DNA from: Endomicrobiales bacterium
GTDB lineage: Bacteria; Elusimicrobiota; Endomicrobiia; Endomicrobiales; CAWCFT01
NCBI GenBank assembly: GCA_963794945.1
Contig: CAWCFT010000004.1
Span: 256,001-320,000, forward strand
DNA: 64,000 nucleotides
Reading direction: 5' to 3'
Part shown: positions 37,701 through 52,700 of the stretch, one piece after another
Numbering within the stretch: the first letter of the stretch is position 1
How the letters are laid out: each line of letters begins with the position of its first letter
Program-made: the position numbers and the translations under genes
The notes under the pieces: model-generated
Seen by the model: only the letters and a program-made list of their open reading frames with translations
The model's database searches: none
Told to the model about the DNA's origin: nothing

Positions 37701-40700
37701 AGCGCTTGATAATAAGTATTGTTCTGAGGCATCTGAATATTCACTATGGGAGGCTTATTATCAATCGCGATCGTTATGCCCGCGTTACCCTGGCCGTTGC
37801 CTTCGTACTGCTGGATATTTACCACATTGTCTAAAGCCCTTGATACGATCTTGAAAGACTGCCCGTCTATCCACGGTGAAGTAGAAATGTTTATTGTCCA
37901 GTTGCCGTTCGAGTATGTTGCGGGGTTCCATATCTGAGAACCCATCCATCCGTTCGTAGCTTGGTCCCAGTAGCCGTTGTTGACGTTGTAAATGGAGATA
38001 CCCACTCCCGCGACTCCTGACGGGTTCGCTCCGGGATCTACGGCAGTACCAGTAATAGTTGACATATTATTGATATTATAGAACATGCCGCCTACTGGAG
38101 CTATAAAGTTAGATTGCGGCTGCCAGACATCGTTCTTGAAAGTTACATTGAACGTGGCGGTTGAAAGGTTGTTGCCGGCATCCCACGCGCGGGCCTGCAG
38201 TATATATGCGTGGTTTGCCGTCCACACATTAGTAGGATAAGTGATATTGTAGGCCCAGTTTAGTCCCCGCCGAACCCGAATTAAACCACAGGGCGCCAGG
38301 GTTGTTTACCCAGCTGCTCCCGTTATAATATGTCGTGCCGCTAGTTACATCCTGGATAGTAAGTTCAACCTTTGTTACAGCGCAATATGCATCAGCTGCA
38401 GTACCCGCTATCTGCGCAAGATTATTATAAGCGCTCGTGGCGCCGGGGTTGGGCATAGTGATACCGATTGTGGGATCCACATTATCAAATTGGAAATTCC
38501 TTGTTATAGGCGGATTCTCTATGTTCCCCGCGTTGTCAACGCTCCATGCTTGAATTGTGTAGGTAATCCCGGTAGTCCACGCGCTCGAATTCGCGAATTG
38601 CGAATTTGTGTAGCTCCATCCTCCTGAAGTGGCCACTACCAGGCCGTTTGTAGGATAGCTCGAAGAGCTCCAATATTGTGAATAGGGATTCCCTCCTGTC
38701 CAGTAGTAGGTGGCACCCCCTGAAAGGTAAGAGATCAGTATATGCTCTTCCTTAACGCCTGATACAAAACCCGCGGGCTGGGCCGTAATATCGGTTGAAG
38801 TTCCCGAGATAGTGGTTATGGAGTTGTATGTCGGGTTGCCAGCGGCTGGCATAACAAGGTTTGTCTGTGCCGGTTCGCGGTCGTAAACGAAAGTGTTAGA
38901 GTTAACTCCCACTGTATATACACTTGTTATATTTCCCGCGTTATCCTGCCCTTTGGCATAAACAAGGTATTGCTTGCCGCTAGTATAAGGTATGGAATCC
39001 GTACATTCCCAAGTTGTTGTCCCTACCACGTCGTTTGTCCAGTTTATTCCTGATTGGAAAATAGGCTTGTTCCATGTTTGTCCCGTAAAGAGGTCTTCTA
39101 TCACAAGGCTTACGTTTTTCACACCTGATAAATCGCTCAAAGCCGTACCGGTTATGACCGGTAATGACATATAGGGCTGGTTATTCTGCGGTGTAATTAT
39201 CACGACGTTCGGCGGAGCAGTATCAATGCCAACCGTTACCCATGATTTTAACGCAGCGTTTTCCACGTTGTTTGCGCTATCTATAGAACGGCTGTTAAGC
39301 TCATACCATTGGCCACTTATCCACGTAGGCACTTGCGTGAACTGCCATGAGGTGTTTGCCTGCGCAAGGCTGGTCGTAATAATCCATGTAGACGGGCTTA
39401 CCTGCCAGTTAGAGCCGTTCCAGTAGCCATAGTTTGCAGAATAGATCTGAATATCAGTTTCTGTTACGCCTGAGGAAGTGGGCGAGGCGGCAACTGCCGT
39501 GCCGGAAATAGTGCCCAGAGAGGTATAATATTGCTCATTTACAGGATAGGTAATATTTGACGTTGGAGGAATGTTGTTTACAGTAAAGCTTCTTGTAGAT
39601 GCCGGGGTCTCATAGTTGGGCCCAGGGTATTGGACATAATCCTCTGCCTTTGTGTGTATCCTGTATATGTTGCCGGAAACATAGGAAGATGAAGATATTC
39701 CGCTGTAGTACCAGTATGCGGTCTCACCTACCCTATTGTATATAGTAACAGGGTATGTATAAGACGCTTCATTACCGTAAGCCCAGGACGAACCGGCAAC
39801 GCTCCACCATTGGTCTTCAACGCCCGCGTTGACGGAGTCGAGCGGCGGGTTATCAAGGCGTATGGAAATATTTACATTCTGAACGCCTGAAGCGGGGGCA
39901 TAAGCAGTACCAGAAATAGTATTTAGCGGGTTTTGCAAATTAAAACCCTCGTTTTCTGTAGGAAGAGTTACAAAAGAGTTCGGCGGCGCGTTATCAAACC
40001 AAAAACTGCTTGAAGTAACTGGGTTTTGCGCGTTGCCTATGTTGTCGGTCGCCATGGATTGAACAGTATACTCAAAGCCGCTTTGCCATTGAGGAACGCT
40101 TGTGTACTGCCAATTACCTGATATAAGAGACGCGGGATTCCACCAGTTCGCCCCCGGGCTTGTCCATGATGAACCCGTCCACTCATAGCTGTCCGAAACT
40201 CTCAATATCCTGACTGCCGCACTGTTAAGCCCGCTGTTGAAAGGCGCAGTAGGATAATCCTGGGCCGTCCCAGTGATCGCATTAAGCTGGCCGTAATAGC
40301 CGCCTGCAATAGGCGACACGATCGCAGTTCCTGGGGCTGATGAGTCAAATATAAAGTAGCGCATACTGCCGTTCGTCTCTACGTTCCCGGACGGCAGAGC
40401 GTTGTCTACCGATTGGCTGGTTATTCTGTATTTCTGACCGCTTGCCCACGGAGGCAATGTTGACAATGTCCAGTTATTGGTTCCGCTTGTGGGCATGTAA
40501 TAGGTTGTGCCTGACCATGTGTCGCCGGAACCCTGCCACTGCGCGCCGTCCGACATGCGGCAAATGGCAACGCTTACAGATTGTACTCCTGCCGCAAGAC
40601 CGTTAGCGTACCCTGGATAATCTTGCGCTGTACCGCTGATAGTATTTAGCACGCTATAATACGCGCTTGACGGCACGGTAATTGATGAAACCGCGGGCGT

Positions 40701-43700
40701 TGTATCGTAAACGAATGTCGAACCACGAATAAGGAACGATTCCTGGTTGGTCGCGTTATCAAGTGAGCAAGCCGTCGCGTAATAAGATGTGCCGCTTACC
40801 AGGTTCGCACCTGTAAGCCCTGTGTAAGTCCATGTTACCGGCTCAGGCGATTTTGCTCCCGTGTACAGGAACGGCTGCGGTGACGGCTGATTGAATGACG
40901 CTCCTCCCCACCATGGAGTACCGCTTTGGTTCGAATTGTCCCTTATGGCAACCTCTATCTGAGACAGCCCCGTGCCTCCATAGCCGGTTCCTGTGGCCGC
41001 AGGTGGGATGTCTCCGGCAGTTCCTGAGATTGTAGCGAGGCTTCTAATGAATGTTCCGTTCGCCGGCTGAGTTACAAAGGTATTCGGTGGCTGGTTATCG
41101 TAACGGAACACCACTGTTGAATATGTCACACTGAAATTTCCGGAATTATCTTGTGCAACTGCCTCTATCTGGTACTCGTTGCCTGATGACCAGGTGAAAG
41201 TCTCCACCCAGACGTTCCAGTTGCCGGAAGCGTTAGTAGGCGTGAACCAGGCATTGTTGGCATTAGACACGGTAAAGCTCTGATTAGAATTACTCCAGTA
41301 TTGTGTTACAGTAAAATTGTAAATCCTTATGAAAACAGAACTGACAGAATCAAGTGAATTCGAGTCTGATGCCGTACCAGAAATAGTAGGAAGACTGGGG
41401 TAGCTTGACAGTGACGGAACTGTTATCTGCACAGCCGAACCGCCAGTGTCGTAAACGAAGCTCTGTGAAGTAACAGTGCCGGTGGAAATGTTCTGCGATC
41501 GGTCGGTAGCGCGGGCTTTTACAAGGTACTTCGTGTTAGATACCCACGTTGGCGTAGACGCGCTGGGCACGCTCCACGTGACCGGGCCATTTACTCCGGC
41601 AAGGTTCCCCGTAACATTAAACCAGGCCGAATTGGCGTTACCAATATCAAAATTGTGTGTGCCCGGATTCCACCAGTTGCCGTTGCCATCAGGATTATAC
41701 TCTATAGCCACTTCTACTTTTGAAAGGCCCGAGCGGTTAGTGCTCACTGTGCCTGCCGGCTCAAAGGCTGTCCCGGAAATAACCGGCAGAGAGTTAAGAT
41801 AAGACGTCGTGGGCTGTTGCAAAACCACTTGTGGCAGGGTTGAATCGTATGTAAATGTCGTTGTTGTCCAGCCCGAGAGGTTACCGGCAAGATCCAGAGC
41901 TTTAGAATTTAGAGTGTATATATAACCATCCTGGAGGTTAAGATTTGAATAACTCCAGTTAATGCTGTATGTAGTAACGATCCATGATGAACCTGCGACC
42001 CATGATGTGTTGCCATCCCAGTACTTGTTGTCACCGCTTCTCTGGATCTGCAGATAGACCGTGCTGACCCCGAAAGGATCTGTTGCCGTTCCCGTGATAC
42101 TCGTAAGTGTATTTGCCGGCCCGTAAAAACCTCCGGATACTGGTACTCCGATCCCAGTTTGCGGAGCCTGTGTGGAATAAATGAAATCCACTGTTGAAAG
42201 AATTGTGTCATAGTTGCCCGCAAGGTCTAATGCCCTTGCCTGCACCTGGTAGGTTGTTCCGCTGTTGAGAGTTCCAAACCCGGAATATGTCCATGTCGAA
42301 CCCGTTATCGAGACGCTTGACGGAGACCAACTTGTAACTGTATACCACCCCGCGCCGGTCCACGAACTTATCTGCACATCAACTTCGGCGAGACCTGAAA
42401 GGAAGGCGTTAGCCGTTCCGGAAATTGTAGGCGCGTAATTAAATTTAGTGAGATTTGCCGGGTATATTATCCCGCTTGTCGGAGGCGTCGTGTCATAAAT
42501 AACGCTATAACTTGAAACGTTAGACGTATTGCCGAGATCGTCCTGAGCCCAATAACTTATACTATATTGCCTGTCTGAGATCCAGCCAACGCCGGTCCTG
42601 TACCACGAAACCGCCGGGCCGGCTATAGCATTTATTCCTGATGGATGGAATGTGCTTACTCCAACACCCCACGCCGCGCCTTGCCAGTATGTGTTGGGAT
42701 AGGTCAAGTCCTGCACCGTGATATTTATCCTGGCGGCAACTGCCGAGATACCGGCATAATTAGCCTGTGTCGCGTCGGATGAGGTGCCTGAAATATCGGC
42801 AAGGGTTTTTGTTATATTGCTGCTCGGCACAGTAAGGGCGCTTACAGGAGGCTGCGTGTCAAATACAAATGTATTGCTTGATGTGCCCGCTGCGAACTGG
42901 TTCTGTAAGTTGCCGGCAGCATCCCTTGATCTTGACACCACAAGATACTTGTTGCCGCTCTTCCAGCTGATCACGGGATTTGGAACATAATTCCAGTTCG
43001 TCGGGGTCATAGTAAAACCGCTGGCATTCTCTGTGCTTAGCCAGATAGCGGTGGACTGCCAGTCGCCTGCGCCGTTATAATAGCCCAAAGAGGCGCTCTG
43101 TCCGCCAAGGTCAAATATCTGGATCTCCGTTCTCAGCCCGGCGAGATCCTGAACCGTTCCCGTGATCGTATTCAAAGAATTATAAGCCGTGTTGTTAATA
43201 GGCGAAACTATGGAAGATGTAGGAGGCGTTATATCGTAAGTAACATTTACTCCTGCGTTGCCGGAACCAAGCCCTTCCATGTTACCGGAAGGAAGCGCGT
43301 TGTCCATAGCGCGAGACTGAATAAGGTAGCTCTGGTTGTTTGACCAGGCTACAGCGGCGCAGGTTGAAAGAAGCACTATTTGCCAATTGCCTCCAGAAAG
43401 CGCGGATGTGTTCCAAGTCTGCGAAGCGCTCCATGAGGAACTGGCCACGTTAAAATACAGCGCCCCGTTCTTTATAGAAACATCAACTTCCTTGACCCCG
43501 CTTAAAGGGGCGGGCTGTTCCGGTTATGGTAGTAAGAGAGTTAGAATATGAAGCGTTCTGCGGAGAAACAAAACTTGAATTAGGGGTGGCATTGTCGTAT
43601 GTGAAAGTTACCGCGTTGCTGGCCGGCGGAGTGATAAGCGAACTATTTTCCCATACGCCCCACGTGTTCTCGCCGCCTGCGCACCGTATAAGACGAACCA

Positions 43701-46700
43701 TAAACCCACAAAGAGCCCGGCACTGTAAAATTCCATGTAGGCGAAGAGGGTGTAATATTAAACCAGAATCCCGCGGGCGCAACTGTCCAGGAAGAAGCGG
43801 ACGCGTTATAAAACTGGCCGTCAGCGACTCTCTGAATGCTAACGTTTAAAACAGTGGTTTGTCCGTTGCTTGTACCGTTTATCAAGTTAAGGGTGTTGTA
43901 AAAATTCGAGTCCAGAGGAGAGCTTATCACAGTATTCGCCATGGGCGGCTGGAAAATGAAAGTCCGTGATGAATAAGCCATCTGGTAGTTATTTGCCATA
44001 TCCTCCGCGTTAATGTCTACTCGGTATCCGCCGTTATAAGTAAACCCTATACCCGCTGTAGGGAATTGCCATACTCCTGTCCCGCTGTTCCATGAAGCCG
44101 GCAGCCACCATGCATTATTGAATGAGCCGCTTTGCCATGCGCTTCCCGTCCACCAGTCACTGTCTCCGGCCACAGAGCCGCCAACCGTAACCCGCTGTAT
44201 CCTGACATTTACCTGCGAGACCTGCCCTATACCCCAATCCTGGGCAGTTCCGGAGATCGTTGAAAGCGATGTCATTGTAACGCCATCGTTGGCAGGAAGT
44301 GTGACAGTGGCTGAAGGCGCTGAAACATCATATATGAAATACGAACTTGCGCCGTATCCGGAATTTCCCGCGTTATCGAAAGCTTTCGAAGTTATCGTAT
44401 ACGATGTGTTGTTGGTCCAGTAAGAATTATTCGCAAAAGTATATGTAAATGATGATGTGCCCAGGTAACACTGCGGCAGGTTCGCCGGCTCGGCATTTTG
44501 CCATCCGCTTCCTGTGAAATAGTAGCCGTCAGACATGCGTTCAACCCTGACAGTGACTGTGCTTACCCCTGAAACCATTCCGCCCGCGGACGCTGTTGTG
44601 TCGGATGAAGCGCCCCAGAACATAAGTCATCGAATTATAATAGTTCGCGTTAACCGGCCCGTTTATCTGGGAAGACGGCGGTGTCGTGTCGTAAGTGAAG
44701 GTTATTGTTGTTACGGCAACTTCGACGTTCGTGGCGTTATCTATTGACTGGCTCATTATTGAATAATTGTACCCGTCTTGCCACGGCGAAGCAGTGAGTA
44801 TTTTATTGAAACTGCCCGGGTTACCGTCAATAGCTGTTGCGCTTCCCCACCCGGGGAAACCGGTGCTCCAGTTTCCAACACCGGCATACCATTTACCGTT
44901 TGAACGCTGTATGCCGAAATTGACTATGGATATGCCGGAACCGCCGGTGTTTGAGTCGTTGGCAGTACCGTATATGCCGGTAAACGGAGTGTTATAAAAA
45001 CCGCCATTAACCGGGCTTGTGGTTACTGAAACCGGAGGCTGATTATCATACCTGAATTGTGTGCCGAAACTGTTCCAGTTGGAAGGTTCAGCCGGGATAT
45101 CGTTCGCGTTATTAACCGCACGTGAGAAAGCCAGATAAACATGCCCTGATGTAAGCGTGAATGAACTATTTGTCACTGTCCAGGTGCTTGTCCCTGAAAC
45201 AACCCCCCACTGCCTGTTAGCCGTAGTCAGGTCAAACTGCCCGTTTGCCAGATCCCAGAAACCGTTCCCAGTGTACGCGCTCAAGTCACGGATTATCAGT
45301 TGCACATACTGTACACCGGATATCGCGTCAAAGGCCGTGCCGTTGATCGAGTTGAGGGATTTGTAAGATTGGCCGTTTGAAATATTGGTTATCGTTGAAG
45401 TCGCGTAAACCGAGTCATAAGTGAAATCGTATATTGATGTCGCGGACTGGTTGCCTGAATTGTCAACTGACCTTGCCCTTACTTCATAAAGATTACCGTC
45501 CACCCATGTTGGAACTGAAGTGAAATTCCATGGAGAACCGGTCACCGTGAACCAGTTCTGGCTAGCGTTAAAAGTATTCGGCGGGCTCGGCTGCAGGTAT
45601 TGGCCTCCGTGCAGTATGGCTATCTGAACCTGTTGTAGGCCTGAAGTAATACCTGTGCCGGGGTCAATGTCCGCGGCTGTGCCGCTAATAGCCGTAAGGC
45701 TCGCGTTCTCGTACTGCTGATTAGGAACTATAAGCCCCACAGCCGGTGCCGTTGAATCATAAACGAAAGATTGCGCGGAAGTTGTTGTCGGGTTGCCTGC
45801 GTTATTATAAGCTGTCGCCTGAACGCTGAAAAGGTGGTTCGCCCTGTCAGCCGCGCCCCAGTTAGGCGCTGCAACGCTCCAGTTGCCTGAAGAATAATTT
45901 GCCGCAACAGTTGTTGAAACGTTTATCCATGACGTACCGTTCCAGTATTTGTTAGGGCTCGCGGTTGTATTATCTGCGATAGAAACCAATACGCTGCTGA
46001 CACCGCTTAAACTATCGCTGGCAGTACCGGCTACACTAGACAACGGGTTATTCGGCCCGTAATCATTTCCCGGCGCGGAAGCGACCGGTGTTGAAATAAC
46101 AACGTTCGGCCCTGAGGTTTCACACGTGAAAGCTATTGTGTTTGGCGAGGACTCTGTGTTACCTGCTTCATCCGTAGCCTTGGACATAACCGAATAGACC
46201 ACTCCATTAACCAGGCCTGTTGTGATCAGAATGCTCCAAGGAGTTGTTCCGGTTCGGCCCGATTCATTAATTATCAGGTCATAGGCAGTAGCGGTCCATG
46301 ATGAGCCTGTCCAGTAATATTTGCCGGAATTATTGTATGTGAATTCAACAGCTACCTGTTTGAGGCCTGATGTCGCTTCGTAAGCTGTTCCGTTTATCTG
46401 AGAGATCGTAAGGACAAATGAGCCAGATGAAGGTGATGTAACAAAAGATGTAGGCGCCGTCCTGTCCCAGATAAAAGTCGTTGTATTAAAATTGGTCTCT
46501 ATAGTTCCCGGCGTTATCCAAAGAGCGGGGGATTATCTCATATGTTCCGTCCGGGGTGCCGCCCGGCCTGGAATATTCCAAGACCTACCGGGTCAAGCTG
46601 CCATATATATGTAATCGAAGAATATATCGTTGAATAGAATATGGGTGACGGCGCGTTCCAATTGCCCGCCCCGGCATAATAACTGCTGGTTGCCACGCTG

Positions 46701-49700
46701 TAAAGAGCCACGGTGACGCCATTCGTGGTAGAAACGCCGGTCGCCCAGTCATTAGCTGTATAATCCTGGGCGGTTCCTTGGATGATCGATACCGTGTTGG
46801 TTTTAGCTAGAGAGCTGGGAGACGTAACCATTGACACCGGCTTCTCGTTGTCATAAATGAAAGTTAGCCCCGCTCCGGGAGTTTCTACGTTGCCCGCTTT
46901 GTCCGTTGCCCTTGTTTGGATATTATACCTGTAACCTGAATAGCCGGCAAAATTAACGCCTGTGTAGGTCCAGGTGCCGGGGTTAACCGAGAACCAGGTA
47001 GAGAAGCTGGCATCGAAATCAGAACCGGTGGAACCCCTCCATAAATTTTGGACTATGGACCATGACCCGCCATCCCAGCATCTTGTCGTGTCTATATTCA
47101 GCACTTTGATCTCTATGCCCGCCTGCAGCCCGGGAGGGACAGCAGACGATGTTCCGCTTATCGCGTTTATTGAATTGTTTATCGCCGCGTTCGGGAACAC
47201 AAGGCTGCTTACGGAGGGGTGCGGTCAATTATAAATTGTGTATTCGCAGTGGTGTAGGTGTTACCTGCCCCATCAGTAACCTTTATTAAGGCAGAATAAG
47301 TACCTTGCGTGTTCCAGCATGCGGTCGTGAAAGCTATGGGATAATTCCACGGCACATTATTGCTGTTGAAAGACCCGCCATTGGCGGAAACCGGTATCCA
47401 TGTGTTGGGGTTGTTTAATTGCCATGCGTTTCCGTCAAAATAACTGTTGCCGGCAGGATTTACTATCTGAAGTTGGACACCGCTTATTATTCCCGGGGCG
47501 TTATCGTTCGCATTGCCCGAAAATGAAGCCAGATACTGGTATTGTCCGCTGTTAGGAGGCGTTGTTATGCTCCCGGTTGGAGGAGTCCTGTCTATGGTGA
47601 ACGCCACGGTTGGAATTGTAGTAACTTCATAACCTGCCGGGCCATCGCCTTTCGTATTTAACCTGTATTGTCCGCCGTCAACAAAAGCGCTTGAAGAGAT
47701 CGGCAATGACCAGCCGGAAGAAAATGTAGCGGGGTTCCAGTAAGCTCCCTGCACCCACTGTTGGGTAGACTGGTTCCATGAAGTGGAATACCCCGGCGCG
47801 GAACTTATCATTACCCCTACGCTTGTCGTATAACCGTTCGCTGTCCCGTACGCGGTAAGCTGTGAAGCCCATTGATAGAAAGTATTGTTTGTGGGATAAG
47901 TGACAAACGTTTGCGGAAGGGCGCGGCAAACCAGAAGGTGTCGGTTGACGGGCTCGTTTCATAATTGCCTGCTTTATCAATCGCCGTTGACCATATCTGA
48001 TACTCAAAACCGGGCGTGTTCGTTGCGTCAAAAGCCACACCGCTTGCGTCAAATGTCCAGCTGCCGTTCGAGTAAACCGCGTTAAGCGGCGTCGGCGTCG
48101 TTGACCAGTTAGCAGCGGTGCCGTGGACTCCTGAACCAAGAGTCCAATATTTGTTATTAGCATTAGTTGGCGGCGGGAATTGTGCGGGGCAGAATATCAT
48201 CAACTGCACACTGTTTACCTGCCCGGGAGAATAGTCAAAGGCTGTTCCTACAATATTAGTGATAGTGCTTATAGGAGATGAATGGCTTAGGTCGTAAACA
48301 GGATAGGTTGTGTTCGAGATAGGGGCCGACTTGTCACAAATGAACATTACGGTCGCCGGGTTCAGCTCGTAGTTCGTGGCCCTGTCAATGGCCCTTGAGA
48401 CTATCCAGTAACTGGTAGTATCGTTGGATATATCCGCGCCAAGAGTATAGGTCCAGGTTGAGCCGCAACGCCGCCCGTTATGGTGGCTGTTGACCATATA
48501 GGAGTAAGCTGAGTGACCCAGTTGCTTGACCCCCACCCGCTCCAATATTGCGTCGTGCCTCCTGTCAGCCTTCCTATGGCTACATCCACTTCGCCCACAA
48601 GGCTCGCCTCTACGTTAGTAGCCTGGCTGTCATCGCATGTTCCCGAAATAAGGCTTATGGAATTGGCATAGCCAGGTGGATAAGTGCCTGATAAAGGGTG
48701 CGACGTAACATGCGAGGTCGGGTTTGTTGTATCATAGGTCATGCTTGAGATAGTGAAAGTATTCGGATCGTTATTGCCCGCGTTATCTAAACCCCTGACA
48801 TATATTAGATGCAGCCAGTTATCGTTCCATCCCGGGGCATTCATTGTCCATGTATAGTTGTTCAGGCTGGGATCACCATAAATGGCAGGAGTAAGCGAGA
48901 GTTCTCCGGGGTCGCCAACTACCCACGCTGTTCCGCTCCACCACTGGACCGTTGCCCCCTGCACCCTGCTTATCTTTACTTTGACCCCGAGGCTCGGAAT
49001 ACCTGAGCCGCCATAGCCGTCGAGACGCTGTCCCTGTTACGCTTACGAGCGCCGTGTTCATAAATGTTCCCGGAGTAGGCAGCGTGACACTGGCAGTGGG
49101 CGTTGTATTATCAACAATGAAATTTACGGCAGTTGTTGTAGTGTAGTTGTTGTTGAAATCGTGAGCGGCCACCTGTAACGTATAAGTAACGTTAGAGGCA
49201 AACACTGGGGATGTCACGTACCAGCCCGTCGTTCCGCTTGCCAGCACCCAGTTAGGCGCTCCCCATCCCGGCGAGGCAGAGTTGCCGTTCCAGTAACCTG
49301 CCAGCGGTTTATAAAGGGATATCCAGACTGATTGTACACCGCTTGTCCTGTCCGCCGCGGTACCGCTAATCAAAGGCAGCTGCACAGAACGGTAATCCGA
49401 GGCAAGAGGTGTTTGAACGACAATTGTTGGTGAAGAAGCGTCTATACTTGAAAAAACCGTTGTTTGGATCCCTGCCGCGTTGGTCGCCTGAGCGAAGAAC
49501 GTGTAGCCGTTGTTCTGTTGAAGGTATGGCGCAAAACCGGTGTATGACCATAGGCCGCCGTTTACCGTGGCAGTGGAATAAAACGCGGAATTCCCGCTGA
49601 AATCTATTCCGGTAAACCATTTACCGTCCGAACGCTGGATGGCAACTGTTACGGTCGAGACATACGAAATACTGTCCGAGATAGTGCCCGAAGACACGGT

Positions 49701-52700
49701 GTAAGCTGCCCACGTCGCCGGGTCCGAAGAATAAATCGAGATCGAAGGCGCAGCCTCGTCAACCGTGAAAGTAACCGATGATATCACGGTTTGCGTGTCA
49801 CCAGCCAGATCATAAGACATTACCTGAACAGAATATTGACTGCCGCTTGACCACGGTATATCAGCCGTGCTGGTTGACCAAGTGATGTTACCGTTAACAC
49901 CGCTCTTGACCGAGCTCCCATAACTTCTTATTATGCCTGTGCCTGTCTTGCTTATTTGGGTTTGCACACTTGACAGGCCGGAGAGGTCACCGTTAGCCGT
50001 GCCCATTACGGATGTAAGGGACTCTATCTTGTAATACCCGCCGTTCTGGGGGTATGTTACATACGCCACGGGAGGCGTGGTATCTACTATGAAATTATAA
50101 CCCGCGCCGAAAGTACCGTTGTTTGGCGGCGTGGCGGCGTCTATACCGCGCACCTTAAGGTTGTACCACTCATCCGAAGGCATGTTTTGTATGCTGTACT
50201 GCCAGTACGGCGCTCCCGGGTTGGGGTAACTTGCGGTCAGGTCGGGAGGCATTGTCGTATTCCAATTGCCGCTTCCCGTATAATAATATGTAACGCCGCT
50301 CTGTATCCTTTGCAGCTGCAGCATGACCGTATTGACTCCGGCCGGCGTATCGGTTGCCGTGCCGCTCATGGTCATGATGCCCGAAATGTTCAACATCTGT
50401 CCGTTAAAAGGGTATATTATAGCCGCCACTGGCGGCTGTGCATCCCAAACAAAAGTAATGGAGGCAGTGTTTACGCCAAAGCTCTGCTGGAAGTTGCCCG
50501 CGGTATCCGATGAACGCACAAGCACTGTATAGCTGTAGCCCTGAGTGAGGTTAGAGCCGTTGAACGTATATGTCCACGAAGAAGCCGAAACGTTCGGGAC
50601 GCATACGGTAGCAGTGGACCACGCCGCCCCTGGCCCGAAAATACCGTTTTGCCAGTAGTGGCCGCTGTTGTTTTCCAATATTTCTATTGCCACGTTGCTG
50701 AGCGTGCCGGAGCTCGCGCCTACGGTGGCCGTATCCCATGCCGTACCGGTAATGGTTGCAAGTGATGAATAAGTAGTCCCTCCCGTAAGAGACGTTATCT
50801 GTGCAGTGGGCGAAGATAGGTCGAATAGGAAACTGCTCTGCGCCGAGCTTAAAGCGTAGTTGCCGGCTTGGTCCTGCGCTATTGCGTAAACCACGTAGTT
50901 GTTGTCGCTGGTCCACGGATTGGTACCCAGGCTTAACTGCCAGTTTCCCGCTCCGGAAGCGGTATTCCAGTTAACAGTGCCCGCGGCGCCTGGCAAAGCG
51001 GAACCTGAGTTCACCCACTGCGGGTTCGTCCCTATATTCCTCAGCCACACCGTGCCGCCAGAGCCGCCTTTCTGGATAGCAACACCGACACTTGCTATGT
51101 TGTCCAACGGGACAGCAGCCTGAGCTGCGCCGTTGATAACTGACATGGTATTATTATTGTACTGCCCGTTTTGCGCGGGGAACGTTATCGAAGTAGTAGG
51201 CGGGCCCGGGTCATAAAGGAAAGGGTTGGATTTGACCGAAGCGAGCGGTTCCGGGTTGAGGCCGTAACCTTGCGACCTCACAGTATATGTAGATGTTGTC
51301 ACCCAGTTAAAGCTTTGCTCGGCCCGTAAGACCATGTGCCGGGATTGCCCGGAGAAAAGTTATTCGCCAATATCCATTTCCAGTCATTGGGCCCAGTGGA
51401 CGCGCTCCATGAAGAACCGAACCAGTCATAGTTGTCTACATCACGCTTTATGGCAACAAGCACATAAGCCGTTGTGTAACTGTTGCATGTGCCCATTATC
51501 GTGTTGATATTAGTGTTGACATAAGCGTAAGGGAGGCCGGGCGTAGTGACAGGAGGCTGACTTATCCATGTCGCCGCCTGCTGGCACCTGATAATAGAAG
51601 TCAACCATGTCAGACGGCGGGCTGGCGTTATATTCCGAGTTGCCTGCCATGGAGACCGCGTACGCTCTCACGCCAAACCAGTTTTGTGCGCCTCTCATCT
51701 GGAATATGCTGTCGCACCCGGCCCCGCCATTGTTATAATACCAGGTTGCACCGCCTTGCACGGTCACTGAACTTATCGGCAGCCAGCATTGCGCGGCCTG
51801 CCACGATGTGCCGTTCCAATAACCTGTGGGGGTACCATCCAATACCGCCCCGGTGCAGCGTATCTCAACATTTACATAGTTTACCTGTCCGGGATACGTT
51901 GCAGCGCATGTTCCCGAGATAGTTGGCAGGCTCTGGATAGGAGTACTGGTATTATAATAATTATTCGGGCAAGTGATGCTCGATGAAGGGTTAGTAAAGT
52001 CGGCTCTAACATTTGTTGCTGTCGAGTACGCAACAAGCCAGTTCCCGGCGTTATCCTGCACATTGACATCAATTTCATATGTCTTACCGGTCTGCCACGG
52101 TGTGCTGTTAAGCATCCACCACGTGCCGTTAGAGCTTAAAGTGGAAGCGGCGTTCCAGGCGGCTGTGGGTGTTGTGTTAACCCAGCCTGACCCGACTACA
52201 TAATAAGTTGTAGCGGTCCCGAGATCTTTTATCCTGATCTGCACGCAAGACGTGCTCTATTATTCCCGGCAGGGTATCGGAAGCTGTCCCCCAGACCTGG
52301 CCGGTTTGAGACACGTAACCTCCGTTGCTGGGGTAGCCTATACCGGCTGTTGGAGCGATTGTGTTATACACGAATGTTTGTGTTTCGCGGGACATCTCGT
52401 AGTTGCCTGCATAGTCGCGGGCTTCGGAATATAGATAATAGGTTATATTCGCGGCCTCTGGAACCGCCGGCATGCTGGTATATGTCCATGACGAGTTGGA
52501 AGCGTTCAGGTTATCGCCCTGATCGGATTCCGGCCATGAATTCGCGTTTATTGGCATATCGCTCTGCACCCAGGTGACATTGTTCCAGTAGGAAGTTGTG
52601 CCGCTTATAACCGCCTTGAGGAGCACCCTCATCTCCCTTATTTTGCCGGGCGGGTTGTCATAAGCTGTGCCTGATACTGTCAACAAATTATTCCAGTTGT

